38,928 nucleotides of DNA, taken from positions 1 to 38,928 of the forward strand of contig DATKCB010000306.1 of the NCBI GenBank assembly GCA_035513495.1, read 5' to 3'. This DNA is from Planctomycetaceae bacterium. Its GTDB lineage: Bacteria > Planctomycetota > Planctomycetia > Planctomycetales > Planctomycetaceae. Position 1 is the stretch's first letter; the number at the start of each line of letters is the position of its first letter. This document shows, piece after piece, positions 9,301 through 16,389 of the stretch. The position numbers and the translations under genes are program-made. Below the pieces are notes generated by a model. The model did not search any database, had not been told where the DNA came from, and saw only the letters and a list, made by a program, of their open reading frames with translations.

Positions 9301-9645
9301 AAGCTCGATGATTCCGAGCAATTGGTCGCCGATCCCGGGATGTTCGACCGTGAGCAGGCGGGCGAGTTGATCGAGCCGCCTTCGCTTCCAGACCCACCTG
9401 TCAATCGCCAGCGGAATCATCGTGCAGGCGAGCATCGTGGTGGCGAAGATCGCGATGCGAACGATCATCGGCGTATCGAGCAGCCGGTCAAGCGCATAAG
9501 TCGCGAGAAAACCAAGCAGGATGCCGATCACAGCGCCGGCACACGCTTCGATCATTTTGACGATCCAGACTCGACGGCGAAATGCCAGAATCTTGATCCG
9601 AAGCGACTCGGGAATATCGATACGATGTGTAGGAGACGACTGCAT
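6397..9645 (-). CDS. DUF4175-like giant membrane protein
   Basis: The ATG at 9645 is preceded by AGGAGGAAGC. There are three N-terminal TM helices, a long extracytoplasmic middle and a charged coiled-coil-like C-terminal half. It has a CGACPGC motif (nt 6991-7011) and a Gly-rich tail GGGGGGSSPGGGGGGD (about nt 6562-6606). The family call is from memory of Bat-type loci. Confidence 0.65.
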   Translation of the reverse strand: MQSSPTHRIDIPESLRIKILAFRRRVWIVKMIEACAGAVIGILLGFLATYALDRLLDTPMIVRIAIFATTMLACTMIPLAIDRWVWKRRRLDQLARLLTVEHPGIGDQLLGIIELSQNESEQARSPVLVEAAIRQVAKLAEERDLDNAVPNARHRQRAWTAAALGIVAVGLLVMTTSAASNAWKRYLLPWLETPRYTFAAIESVPDTIVVPHGEAFEVPLKLSENSEWKPDSGEVTLTGLKPVNAPRTEDAYRFELPGQIQPGVLDIRIGDFIGQSKIEPKLRPELVDLTAEVTLPDYLKRTAPLKKDIRGGAVSAVKGSKASFKATISRDLSAASINRQETAHNGRSILTQPISIADPLQLEIDWRDEYGLSGRKPFVLAVTPAEDEAPSLVCENLPRKQIVLDSEVLAFQIKARDDFGVKRVGIEWKGLDPNLVAPAKGEKILGAGTPEAEILDLAGTFSAKQLEIAPQPVELRVFVEDYLPDRERVYSPPCVLFVLDPEQHAIWITSQLSRWHRMALDVRDRELRLHDTNQELRDLASEELDRPEVRKQIETQAAAERANGRRLSGLVVSGEDLLKQAMRNPEIGVGHLDRWAEMMQILKDISGNRMPSVADLLSEAAKAPQIAQASQSNLGKNAGQNRSNVSGGDPKTAGKQPAPPSAIPTITDVESTRNEFKPGDPKEPTESNPKQPRLTLPTTMLAGNAKSDSKPKPPSGEKVEEAVKEQKDLLAEFEKIADELNELLANLEGSTLVKRLKASSRRQEQVAKKLGTLVNDAFGAADSDKQTMSETFQNLADVEAESSQVVSYIMDDMEAYFDRSQFVRFRDVLDEMREEQVVSGLRTLSDDVRRENGLSISQAEYWSESLDRWAENLVDVTKCGACPGCKSKGSLPPSIVLEVLQILEAEVNLREQTRVAEQARPAISKEDHLKEAEKLSATQDSLRDRIDKVILRILELPDAEADFGKEIKLLRAVSPVMAEATGILKSPETGAPAIAVETEAIELLLQSKRFNPNGGGGGGSSPGGGGGGDTKETALALVGSGVNQKEVREDQGTEQSAGYSGPVLPEEFRAGLDEYFNRIDRP

Positions 9646-9723
9646 GCTTCCTCCTGTTCGAGATTTGCCGGTGTGCGTGGTTACCCCCTCGAACGTGGTT
9701 CGACGACACACCTTGCGATCAGT

Positions 9724-11916
9724 CTAAATCAAACCGGTAGTTTTTCGCCAGATCCAAAACGTCGCCAGTAACAAGATGACGACCGCAGCCGAGAGCGGGT
9801 GACTCCATAACTGCAAGCGTCTGATAGACATAGGTGGTAACGGACGATTCGCCAGCGATTGGACGATTTCGTCGATTTCGTGAGGTCGCACCATCGTCGC
9901 GTTCGTGACGCGTGCGATTTCTTCGAGTACTTCAGGACGAGCGGGTTTGCCGATTTGTTCGGCCTCCTGGCCTTGTACGAAAAACTGCGTTTCGAGACTC
10001 GCTCCCGTTTGCTTGCAACTGAGACGCAATTGATGCGGACCGGATTCTTTGGGAACGAACTGTCCGTGAAACACGCCCCACTCATTGTCTTCCGGAGTGA
10101 AACGAACCGTCTCGACATTTCCCGCGGCAGAACTGATCCTGGCGAAGACGTCTCCCTGCGAAAGCGGCTCTCCTCCCGGCTCCATCACATGTGCGTTGAG
10201 CGCGATGGTCTGGCCGATCTCCGGTTGCTCGGGCGTATAAAACAATCGCATGGTTTCTCCTTTGGCCATGTTGCGCTGATATGCCATCCAACGGATCACC
10301 TGCCCCCAGAATCGATAATGATATTTGTCTTCGACTCCTTTTCTCCAGCGCCAGGCTCCATCCGTTCCCATAAACAGGACCTTTCCGGCACCGAACGTTC
10401 TCGTGACGATCAAGGGCAATCGACCGTACTCGTTCGACATCGTGCCATGCACGGCTAGCACATCCGTCCCCGCTTTGGCGCGAGAGACTGCGGCGTACCA
10501 TTGAAACCCGGGTAGTGTCTCCCAGACTTGCACGTTTTCTTCCTGCGTATCGGCCAGTTTGGTCAGCAGGCTGCGGCGGCCGCGTTCAGTCAGTTCCATT
10601 TGAGCGGGTGTTCTCGATCCCCAGCCTCCCTCTTGCAGCGAATCGAGCACCACGGGATACAAATCGGACAGCTCCGACTCCAGCAAACTCAACTGCCGTC
10701 CTTGCCACCCTGGCATCAGAATCAATCCGCTCGCCTGTTGTTCGACCAGCCCCTTGATCAGGCGGCATTGCTCGACGGTCAACTGGTTGTCTTCGAGACC
10801 AACATCTCCCAGAAAGACCACATCGTAGGTCGCCAGTTGTTCGATCCCCGCAGGAAACTCTTTGATGTAATCGGCCGAACCGCCCCCCGCCTTGCTCAGG
10901 CCGGGATGAAACAGCAGACACGAGACCTCGACCCCCGGATCGCGCGAGAGAGCGTTTCGCAGATAGCGATACTCCCAGCGCGGATACGACTCGACGACCA
11001 GCACTTTCAGTTTCTCCTGACGAATCGCGATCGGAGCCGTCCGGGTGTTGTTGTCGGTGATGGTTTCTTCGGCATGCAGCGGCACATCGAGCGTGACGGT
11101 GAAGTCTCCCTCCGTCATGGGCTTCCAGGCGATGAAGTCGGATGTGCGTCCCATCGGCGCAACGCGCACGTCTTTCGTGAGCGTCTCTCCGGAGGAGGTC
11201 GTCAATTTGACAGTTGTGACATAATCTCTCGGCAACGAACTGTCGATCGTGAAGGGAACTCGCACGATCTTGGCGGCAATGCCGAAGGTCGGCAAATCGA
11301 CGTTGATCAATTCGACATCCGGCAGCCGGGAGGAACTCCCCGCAGCCACGGTGAATACCGGGATTTCCTTCAATCGTAAGCTGGAAGCCGCCTCGATGGG
11401 GGGAGCCCCGTCGTTCCAGTCGCCGTCAGAAATCAGAACGACCCCCATCAGGTTGCTCATTCTCTCGGGAAGATTTCCGAGCGGATCGTGCAGATTCGTT
11501 CGCGATGCATTGGTCGAGAGAGACTCGATCACAATATCGAACCGCTCTTCGAGTTTGTTCCAGGTTTCCGATTCCGTCAGCGGACGAATCATCTCCGCGC
11601 GGGTGATCACATCCCGGGTTGCCGTATCGTCAGGAGCCGCATCGCGGGTCTGCATACTGCGGGAATTATCCCACAGAACGGCAATTTTAGGACGTTCGTC
11701 GGGCCGGTATTCTTCTACCCATTCCGGTTGATTGAACAGCAACACGATCACGCATACGATCAGCAGTCGCAACAATTCCTGAAGTCCGTGGACGCGCCGA
11801 AATCCGCTCCGCTGCCACGCGTAGAACCCGAGTGCGACCGTCAGCAGAACGACGCTCGCCGAGATCGCGAGACTCGCGGGAGTAGCCATGAATGTGAGTT
11901 TGCTCACCGAAGTCAT
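9724..11916 (-). CDS. Membrane protein with VWA-like N-domain and class-I glutamine-amidotransferase-like (DUF1355-type) domain
   Basis: The ATG at 11916 forms an ATGA overlap with the upstream stop. It has N- and C-terminal TM helices and a MIDAS-like VLWDNSRSM motif. KVLVVESYPRWEYRYLRNAL and TFGAGKVLFMGTDGAWRWR are typical of GATase1-like Bat-associated proteins. Confidence 0.7.
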   Translation of the reverse strand: MTSVSKLTFMATPASLAISASVVLLTVALGFYAWQRSGFRRVHGLQELLRLLIVCVIVLLFNQPEWVEEYRPDERPKIAVLWDNSRSMQTRDAAPDDTATRDVITRAEMIRPLTESETWNKLEERFDIVIESLSTNASRTNLHDPLGNLPERMSNLMGVVLISDGDWNDGAPPIEAASSLRLKEIPVFTVAAGSSSRLPDVELINVDLPTFGIAAKIVRVPFTIDSSLPRDYVTTVKLTTSSGETLTKDVRVAPMGRTSDFIAWKPMTEGDFTVTLDVPLHAEETITDNNTRTAPIAIRQEKLKVLVVESYPRWEYRYLRNALSRDPGVEVSCLLFHPGLSKAGGGSADYIKEFPAGIEQLATYDVVFLGDVGLEDNQLTVEQCRLIKGLVEQQASGLILMPGWQGRQLSLLESELSDLYPVVLDSLQEGGWGSRTPAQMELTERGRRSLLTKLADTQEENVQVWETLPGFQWYAAVSRAKAGTDVLAVHGTMSNEYGRLPLIVTRTFGAGKVLFMGTDGAWRWRKGVEDKYHYRFWGQVIRWMAYQRNMAKGETMRLFYTPEQPEIGQTIALNAHVMEPGGEPLSQGDVFARISSAAGNVETVRFTPEDNEWGVFHGQFVPKESGPHQLRLSCKQTGASLETQFFVQGQEAEQIGKPARPEVLEEIARVTNATMVRPHEIDEIVQSLANRPLPPMSIRRLQLWSHPLSAAVVILLLATFWIWRKTTGLI

Positions 11917-13919
11917 GCCGCGACTCCCTTCGCAAACGGTACTGGAGCATCCGTTTGGGCGATGCGTCGAGGGAGACACAACACCGCTTCCGCGATGAGC
12001 ATCAGCATCATAATCAACAGAAATGTCGGCCAGATCTCCCGCAGCAACGCACTCCCGCTGCCGACTTCATCGTCGACACGGTCGAACGGCAAATCGCGGA
12101 ACAGTGCGCTCACGCGATCATCGCCTACGATCGTCGCGCGATCTTCTTCGGCGCTGCGGTTGACGGCGAACAACCGCTCTTCACTTCGGTACGCGCCCGC
12201 CTGATATCCGAACGTCGTCGAAAGCGTTCGGTCAGAGCGGGAGAGCGGACTCCAATCGGAGGTTGTGGCGGGATCGATCTCTCCGGCATTCAGTTGCCGG
12301 ACCGATCCCAGCGATGTCGCTCCCGATGCGAGTGCGCGTTGAATCATCACATACAGCACCACTCCGTCACTGGCCAAAGTCGAGTCACCGAAGACGGGCC
12401 GAGTCGTACAGAAATAAACGTTTCTCAAATCGGTTACGGCTCGACACAACAGCGGGTCGCCGCTGCTCAACGCCGCGAGAGTGGTTCGCTCTCCATCGAG
12501 CGTCCGATAACGCGAGATCTTCAGTTCCCCCACGGGGAGAGCGGCACCACTCTGGACGTTGGCCAGCAGATCCTGATCCTGAATCCAAGTCGAGACCTGA
12601 AGCTCGGAGTCGGGTTGTTCCCACGATCCCCAACTCAGATTTGCGAAAGTCCCTTCGTCATCGGACTCGGGTGGAAAAAACACGACTTGTGCGCCGCGAT
12701 CGACCAGCGATTGCACGATCGGAGCCGTTTCCGCATCGGGCAGCGGAGCGTCCCACAAGAGCAGAGCCACTTGATCCCAGTCGGTGTCGAGTACCAGGTG
12801 AGGAGAGACAACGCTCACTGACAGTGTCAACGAGGGATTGGCGGAAATTCCCGCCGCGAGTTCCAACGCTTTGACACCTCTCGGATCGTCCGAAACCACG
12901 ACCGTAGTGCGGGGAGGAGGTTCGTCGTACACGAAATAGAATTCGTTATCATCCGCATTCGAATCCGCCGGAATCGTGACGCGGCCCCAACCTTTCGACG
13001 GTTGTCCTTCGAGCGCAAACGAATAGTTTTTCAGTTCGGTTTCGCTGCCCGAGATCTCCATCGGGATCTCGGTCGAGGTTCCGTTGAGTTCCAACCGGAC
13101 CGGCAGACGTTCCGATTCCTCGGACGACGTCGCTCGTTCGATCTTCAGCGAGATCAGCAATTCCCGTCCGGTGGAAGTTTCCTGGACCGCGGTCGACGTC
13201 ACGCGGACCGAACGATTGCTGGAGTCGGAACTCGCATACGCCAGGAGATGAAACCGGACCGGATTGGGGGACTCCAGGAACGCCTTCCGCAACACATCCC
13301 AGCGAGAACTTTCGGAATCCCAGTCGTGGAGGCGCAAGTCGGAACAGAGCCAGACCTCGGTCCTGCTCGGACGATTGTCGCGGAGGTAGTTGTGGACAGT
13401 TTCGAGCATCGCGGGAATGTCGGCGGAAGCGCTCGTGGGTTCCGCTTCGAGGATTGTTTCCAGCGTTTCGGGAGATTCCAGTTCGATCGGCGTATTGATC
13501 GCGCTGTCGATCAGGACCCAGCGATTCGACTTGAGCAACGAGAGCGACTGCACCAGTTGCTGGCGAGCCGAGTCGAGTTTGGTCATCCCCGTGCGGGTTC
13601 CCTGCTGTTGCATGCTGGGGGAACGGTCGAGCAGTATGATCGTTGTGTCGATGTTTCCCGGCGCGGCGAGTCTCATCCAGCCGCTGGCCAGCGGGCGGCT
13701 GATTGCGAAGATCAACCCCGCGACCGCGAGCGTCCGCATCAACAGGATCAGCCACTGCCGGATTCTCGCGTACCCGCGCGACATCTTATTCGCGGTCAGC
13801 AGGAAAAACATCGCGGCCCATTCGATCGTCCGGTAGCGATACTGATTGATCAGATGGATCACGATCGGCAGCGCGATGAGCGGCAGGGCGAACAACATGG
13901 CTGGTTGCAGAAAACTCAT
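11913..13919 (-). CDS. BatA-N-terminal-domain (aerotolerance-regulator-like) membrane protein with degenerate VWA motif
   Basis: It starts MSFLQPAMLFALPLIALPIVIHLINQYRYR, the double-TM BatA-type N-terminus. It has ILLDRSPSM (DxSxS) and a C-terminal TM. There are ATGA overlaps at both ends. Confidence 0.75.
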   Translation of the reverse strand: MSFLQPAMLFALPLIALPIVIHLINQYRYRTIEWAAMFFLLTANKMSRGYARIRQWLILLMRTLAVAGLIFAISRPLASGWMRLAAPGNIDTTIILLDRSPSMQQQGTRTGMTKLDSARQQLVQSLSLLKSNRWVLIDSAINTPIELESPETLETILEAEPTSASADIPAMLETVHNYLRDNRPSRTEVWLCSDLRLHDWDSESSRWDVLRKAFLESPNPVRFHLLAYASSDSSNRSVRVTSTAVQETSTGRELLISLKIERATSSEESERLPVRLELNGTSTEIPMEISGSETELKNYSFALEGQPSKGWGRVTIPADSNADDNEFYFVYDEPPPRTTVVVSDDPRGVKALELAAGISANPSLTLSVSVVSPHLVLDTDWDQVALLLWDAPLPDAETAPIVQSLVDRGAQVVFFPPESDDEGTFANLSWGSWEQPDSELQVSTWIQDQDLLANVQSGAALPVGELKISRYRTLDGERTTLAALSSGDPLLCRAVTDLRNVYFCTTRPVFGDSTLASDGVVLYVMIQRALASGATSLGSVRQLNAGEIDPATTSDWSPLSRSDRTLSTTFGYQAGAYRSEERLFAVNRSAEEDRATIVGDDRVSALFRDLPFDRVDDEVGSGSALLREIWPTFLLIMMLMLIAEAVLCLPRRIAQTDAPVPFAKGVAA

Positions 13920-14833
13920 CGAACCCCTTTCGTGCGGGTCCGTGCCGCCAGAAAGTTCCGCAGAACCAGTTCGTAATCTTCGTCGAGACGAACCCGGTGA
14001 TAATCGACGGCCGCACCGAGCACGATCTGCTTGAGTTCGGCCAGATACAGGTCCAGGGCTTTGTGATATCGGTCGGCGATTTCGGTCGGTTCAGCGAACA
14101 CTGACGGTCCTCCTTCCAGATCCAGAAAACGCATAGGACGCTGAAAATCGAAGCTGAGTTCCAACGGGTCGAACAAATGGAACACGGCCACGTCGTGCTT
14201 GCGGAATCGGAAATGCTCGAACGCACTCTTCAGATCCGCGGGCGGCATGAACAGATCGGAGACCAGCACGATCAAGGCACGCTGCGGAATCGTTTCCGCC
14301 AGTTCGTGCAGCCGACCGACCAGTCGAGTGTCCCCCTTGGGCCTGGAATTTTCCAGAATATCGAAGACACCTCGAAGGTGAGAAGGAGTTCGCCGCGGGG
14401 GGATCGTCTGGACGATTTTCTCGGCGATACAAGTCAAACCAACCGCGTCTCCCTGTTGAACGGCAATGTGTGCCAGCGAGCCGAGAATTCGGCGGGCGTA
14501 TTCAATTTTCGCGATTCCCCCCGATCCGAAGTTCATCGATCCGCTGGTGTCCAGTATCAGACAGCAGCGAAGGTTCGTGTCGGCCTCGAACTCTTTCACG
14601 TAATAGCGATCGGACCGTCCGAACGCGCGCCAGTCGAGACGCCGGATGTCGTCGCCGGGAACGTAACGCCGGTACTCTGCAAATTCGACACTCGATCCGC
14701 GATGCGGACTGGCGTGAATCCCTGAGACGTTGCCGATCATCGCCCTCCGCGAAAACAACGGAATCGCAGACAGCCGCGCGAGCGCCTGCGGATCGAGAAA
14801 ACTGCGAGATCGGCCTCCGATGGACAAGTTCAC
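13916..14833 (-). CDS. DUF58 domain protein
   Basis: YVPGDDIRRLDWRAFGRSDRYYVKEFE and ILDTSGSM are hallmarks of DUF58 partners of MoxR. The start is uncertain: GTG at 14833, or TTG at 14827, which is preceded by GAGGTG. Confidence 0.85.
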   Translation of the reverse strand: MNLSIGGRSRSFLDPQALARLSAIPLFSRRAMIGNVSGIHASPHRGSSVEFAEYRRYVPGDDIRRLDWRAFGRSDRYYVKEFEADTNLRCCLILDTSGSMNFGSGGIAKIEYARRILGSLAHIAVQQGDAVGLTCIAEKIVQTIPPRRTPSHLRGVFDILENSRPKGDTRLVGRLHELAETIPQRALIVLVSDLFMPPADLKSAFEHFRFRKHDVAVFHLFDPLELSFDFQRPMRFLDLEGGPSVFAEPTEIADRYHKALDLYLAELKQIVLGAAVDYHRVRLDEDYELVLRNFLAARTRTKGVR

Positions 14834-14975
14834 CTCAGTTTGTTTCGAGTGGTGTAGGAGTGAAAAGTAAAAGAGTGGAAGGTTAAAGGAGTTGTCAGGA
14901 TGTAGGGATCAGGGATCAATTATCGGAGCCATTTCACCAATTCCCTCCGCAGCTTTCCGCTTTCCGCTTTCAATC
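14834..14975. repeat. Intergenic purine-rich/pyrimidine-rich element, copy X, between MoxR and DUF58
   Basis: It has AAGAGTGGAAGG (14871-14882), AGGATGTAGG (14897-14906) and CTTTCCG repeats (14953-14971). Block order and the 26-nt offset match the copy at 185-353. Confidence 0.55.
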
Positions 14976-16007
14976 TCACTCCGACTCAACCGATTCTTCG
15001 AGCAGGCGTGCGACGATCTGCTCGGAATCGATCCCTTCACTTTGTGCCGCAAAAGTCGTGATCATGCGATGCGTCAAGACCGGTGCCGCGACCGCCTGGA
15101 TGTCCTCCCGGCGTACCATGTACTGTCCATGAAGTGCCGCACGGGTTTTGCCACCCAGAATCAGATACTGCACCGCCCGCGGTCCCGCTCCCCACGAAAC
15201 GAGCGGCTTGAGCCAGTCAGGTGCGGCATCACTTTCGGGTCGAGTTTTCCGTACCAATCTCACGGCAAACTGATAAATATGATCCGGTACGGGAACGCGG
15301 CGGACCAGTTTCTGAAAACGCAGAATCTCTTCCGCATGCATGATATGGTTCAGTTCGGGCAAATCCTCACCCGTCGTGGTATAGGCGATCTGAATTTCTT
15401 CCTGTTCCGAGGGATAATCCAGTTTGATCAAAAACATGAAACGGTCGAGCTGGGCTTCGGGGAGGGGGTAGGTCCCTTCCTGCTCCACGGGATTTTGCGT
15501 TGCGAGAACCAGAAACGGCCGTTCGAGCAAATAGACTTTCCCGAGAACCGTCACCCGATATTCCTGCATCGCCTCCAGCATGGCGGCCTGAGTTTTCGGG
15601 GGAGCGCGGTTGATTTCATCGGCCAGCACGATGTTGGCGAACACCGGACCGTGCACGAACTCAAATTCCCGCCGGCCCGATTCGGTTTCCTGAAGGATGT
15701 CCGTTCCGGTGATGTCCATCGGCATCAGGTCGGGCGTGAACTGAATCCGGCTGAATTTCAGCGACAGCGTTTCCGAGAGTTTGCTGACGAGCAACGTCTT
15801 CGCCAGACCGGGAACGCCCATGAGCAGCCCGTGCCCGCGGGCAAACAGACAGATCAACAGCCTGTCGATCACGGCCGTCTGGCCGACGATCACACGCGCC
15901 AGTTCGGCTTTGAGCCGTTCGTGAGTCTGACAAAGTTCCTCGATTTGCTCGACGTCATCTGACGAGAGCTGTTCGGATTGAATTACACTCATGAATTCTG
16001 TTGCCAT
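14976..16007 (-). CDS. MoxR-family AAA+ ATPase
   Basis: 343 aa with Walker A GVPGLAKT, Walker B-like VLADEINRA and conserved ATQNP..EGTYPLPEAQLDRF. An alternative ATG lies at 15992. Confidence 0.92.
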   Translation of the reverse strand: MATEFMSVIQSEQLSSDDVEQIEELCQTHERLKAELARVIVGQTAVIDRLLICLFARGHGLLMGVPGLAKTLLVSKLSETLSLKFSRIQFTPDLMPMDITGTDILQETESGRREFEFVHGPVFANIVLADEINRAPPKTQAAMLEAMQEYRVTVLGKVYLLERPFLVLATQNPVEQEGTYPLPEAQLDRFMFLIKLDYPSEQEEIQIAYTTTGEDLPELNHIMHAEEILRFQKLVRRVPVPDHIYQFAVRLVRKTRPESDAAPDWLKPLVSWGAGPRAVQYLILGGKTRAALHGQYMVRREDIQAVAAPVLTHRMITTFAAQSEGIDSEQIVARLLEESVESE

Positions 16008-16042
16008 TATCTAAAGTACGGGATTGGGTTGAGTAGAGATTC

Positions 16043-16071
16043 ACGCTATCGGCCCGCATTCACTCATTCAA
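16043..16071 (-). promoter_or_regulatory. Candidate sigma70-like promoter for the MoxR cluster
   Basis: On the minus strand, TTGAAT (16071-16066) is followed by a 17-nt spacer and TAGCGT (16048-16043), about 35 nt upstream of the ATG at 16007. Confidence 0.3.
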
Positions 16072-16238
16072 GCTAATTTTTCATCTGTCTCTCCGTACCT
16101 GTTGAATCCTGAATTCTTACACTCTCTGACGAATGAAGCCGAAAAGAGTTCCCTTCAGTTCGATTATCTGTCTCCATTTGCGGATGCCAGTCGACGGGTC
16201 TCCGAATCCTGGTCATTCTCGATGAACCATAGCAGCGT

Positions 16239-16324
16239 GTTGAAAAAGGGGACAGGCACCTCGCGACCACACGAATTCAGTGAGGATGATCGCTTCCTGC
16301 TCGGAGCCAGTCCCCTTTTTCAAC
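16239..16324. repeat. Perfect 15-bp inverted repeat (GTTGAAAAAGGGGAC / GTCCCCTTTTTCAAC) with 56-nt spacer; REP-like palindrome or bidirectional terminator
   Basis: The arms are 16239-16253 and 16310-16324. Pairing extends imperfectly inward (GGGGACAGGCACC versus GGGGACTGGCTCC). It lies between the dinG-like stop (16390) and the MoxR start (16007). Confidence 0.7.
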
Positions 16325-16389
16325 GGTCTGATAGTGAACGATGCATTGTGAATGATCGATTCGTAGCGAACGGAGTCGTGGAGATCGGG

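Noticed and set aside
14892-15962. 356-aa + strand ORF
   Set aside because: It is antisense to the MoxR ATPase gene, whose frame has Walker A/B and MoxR signature motifs.
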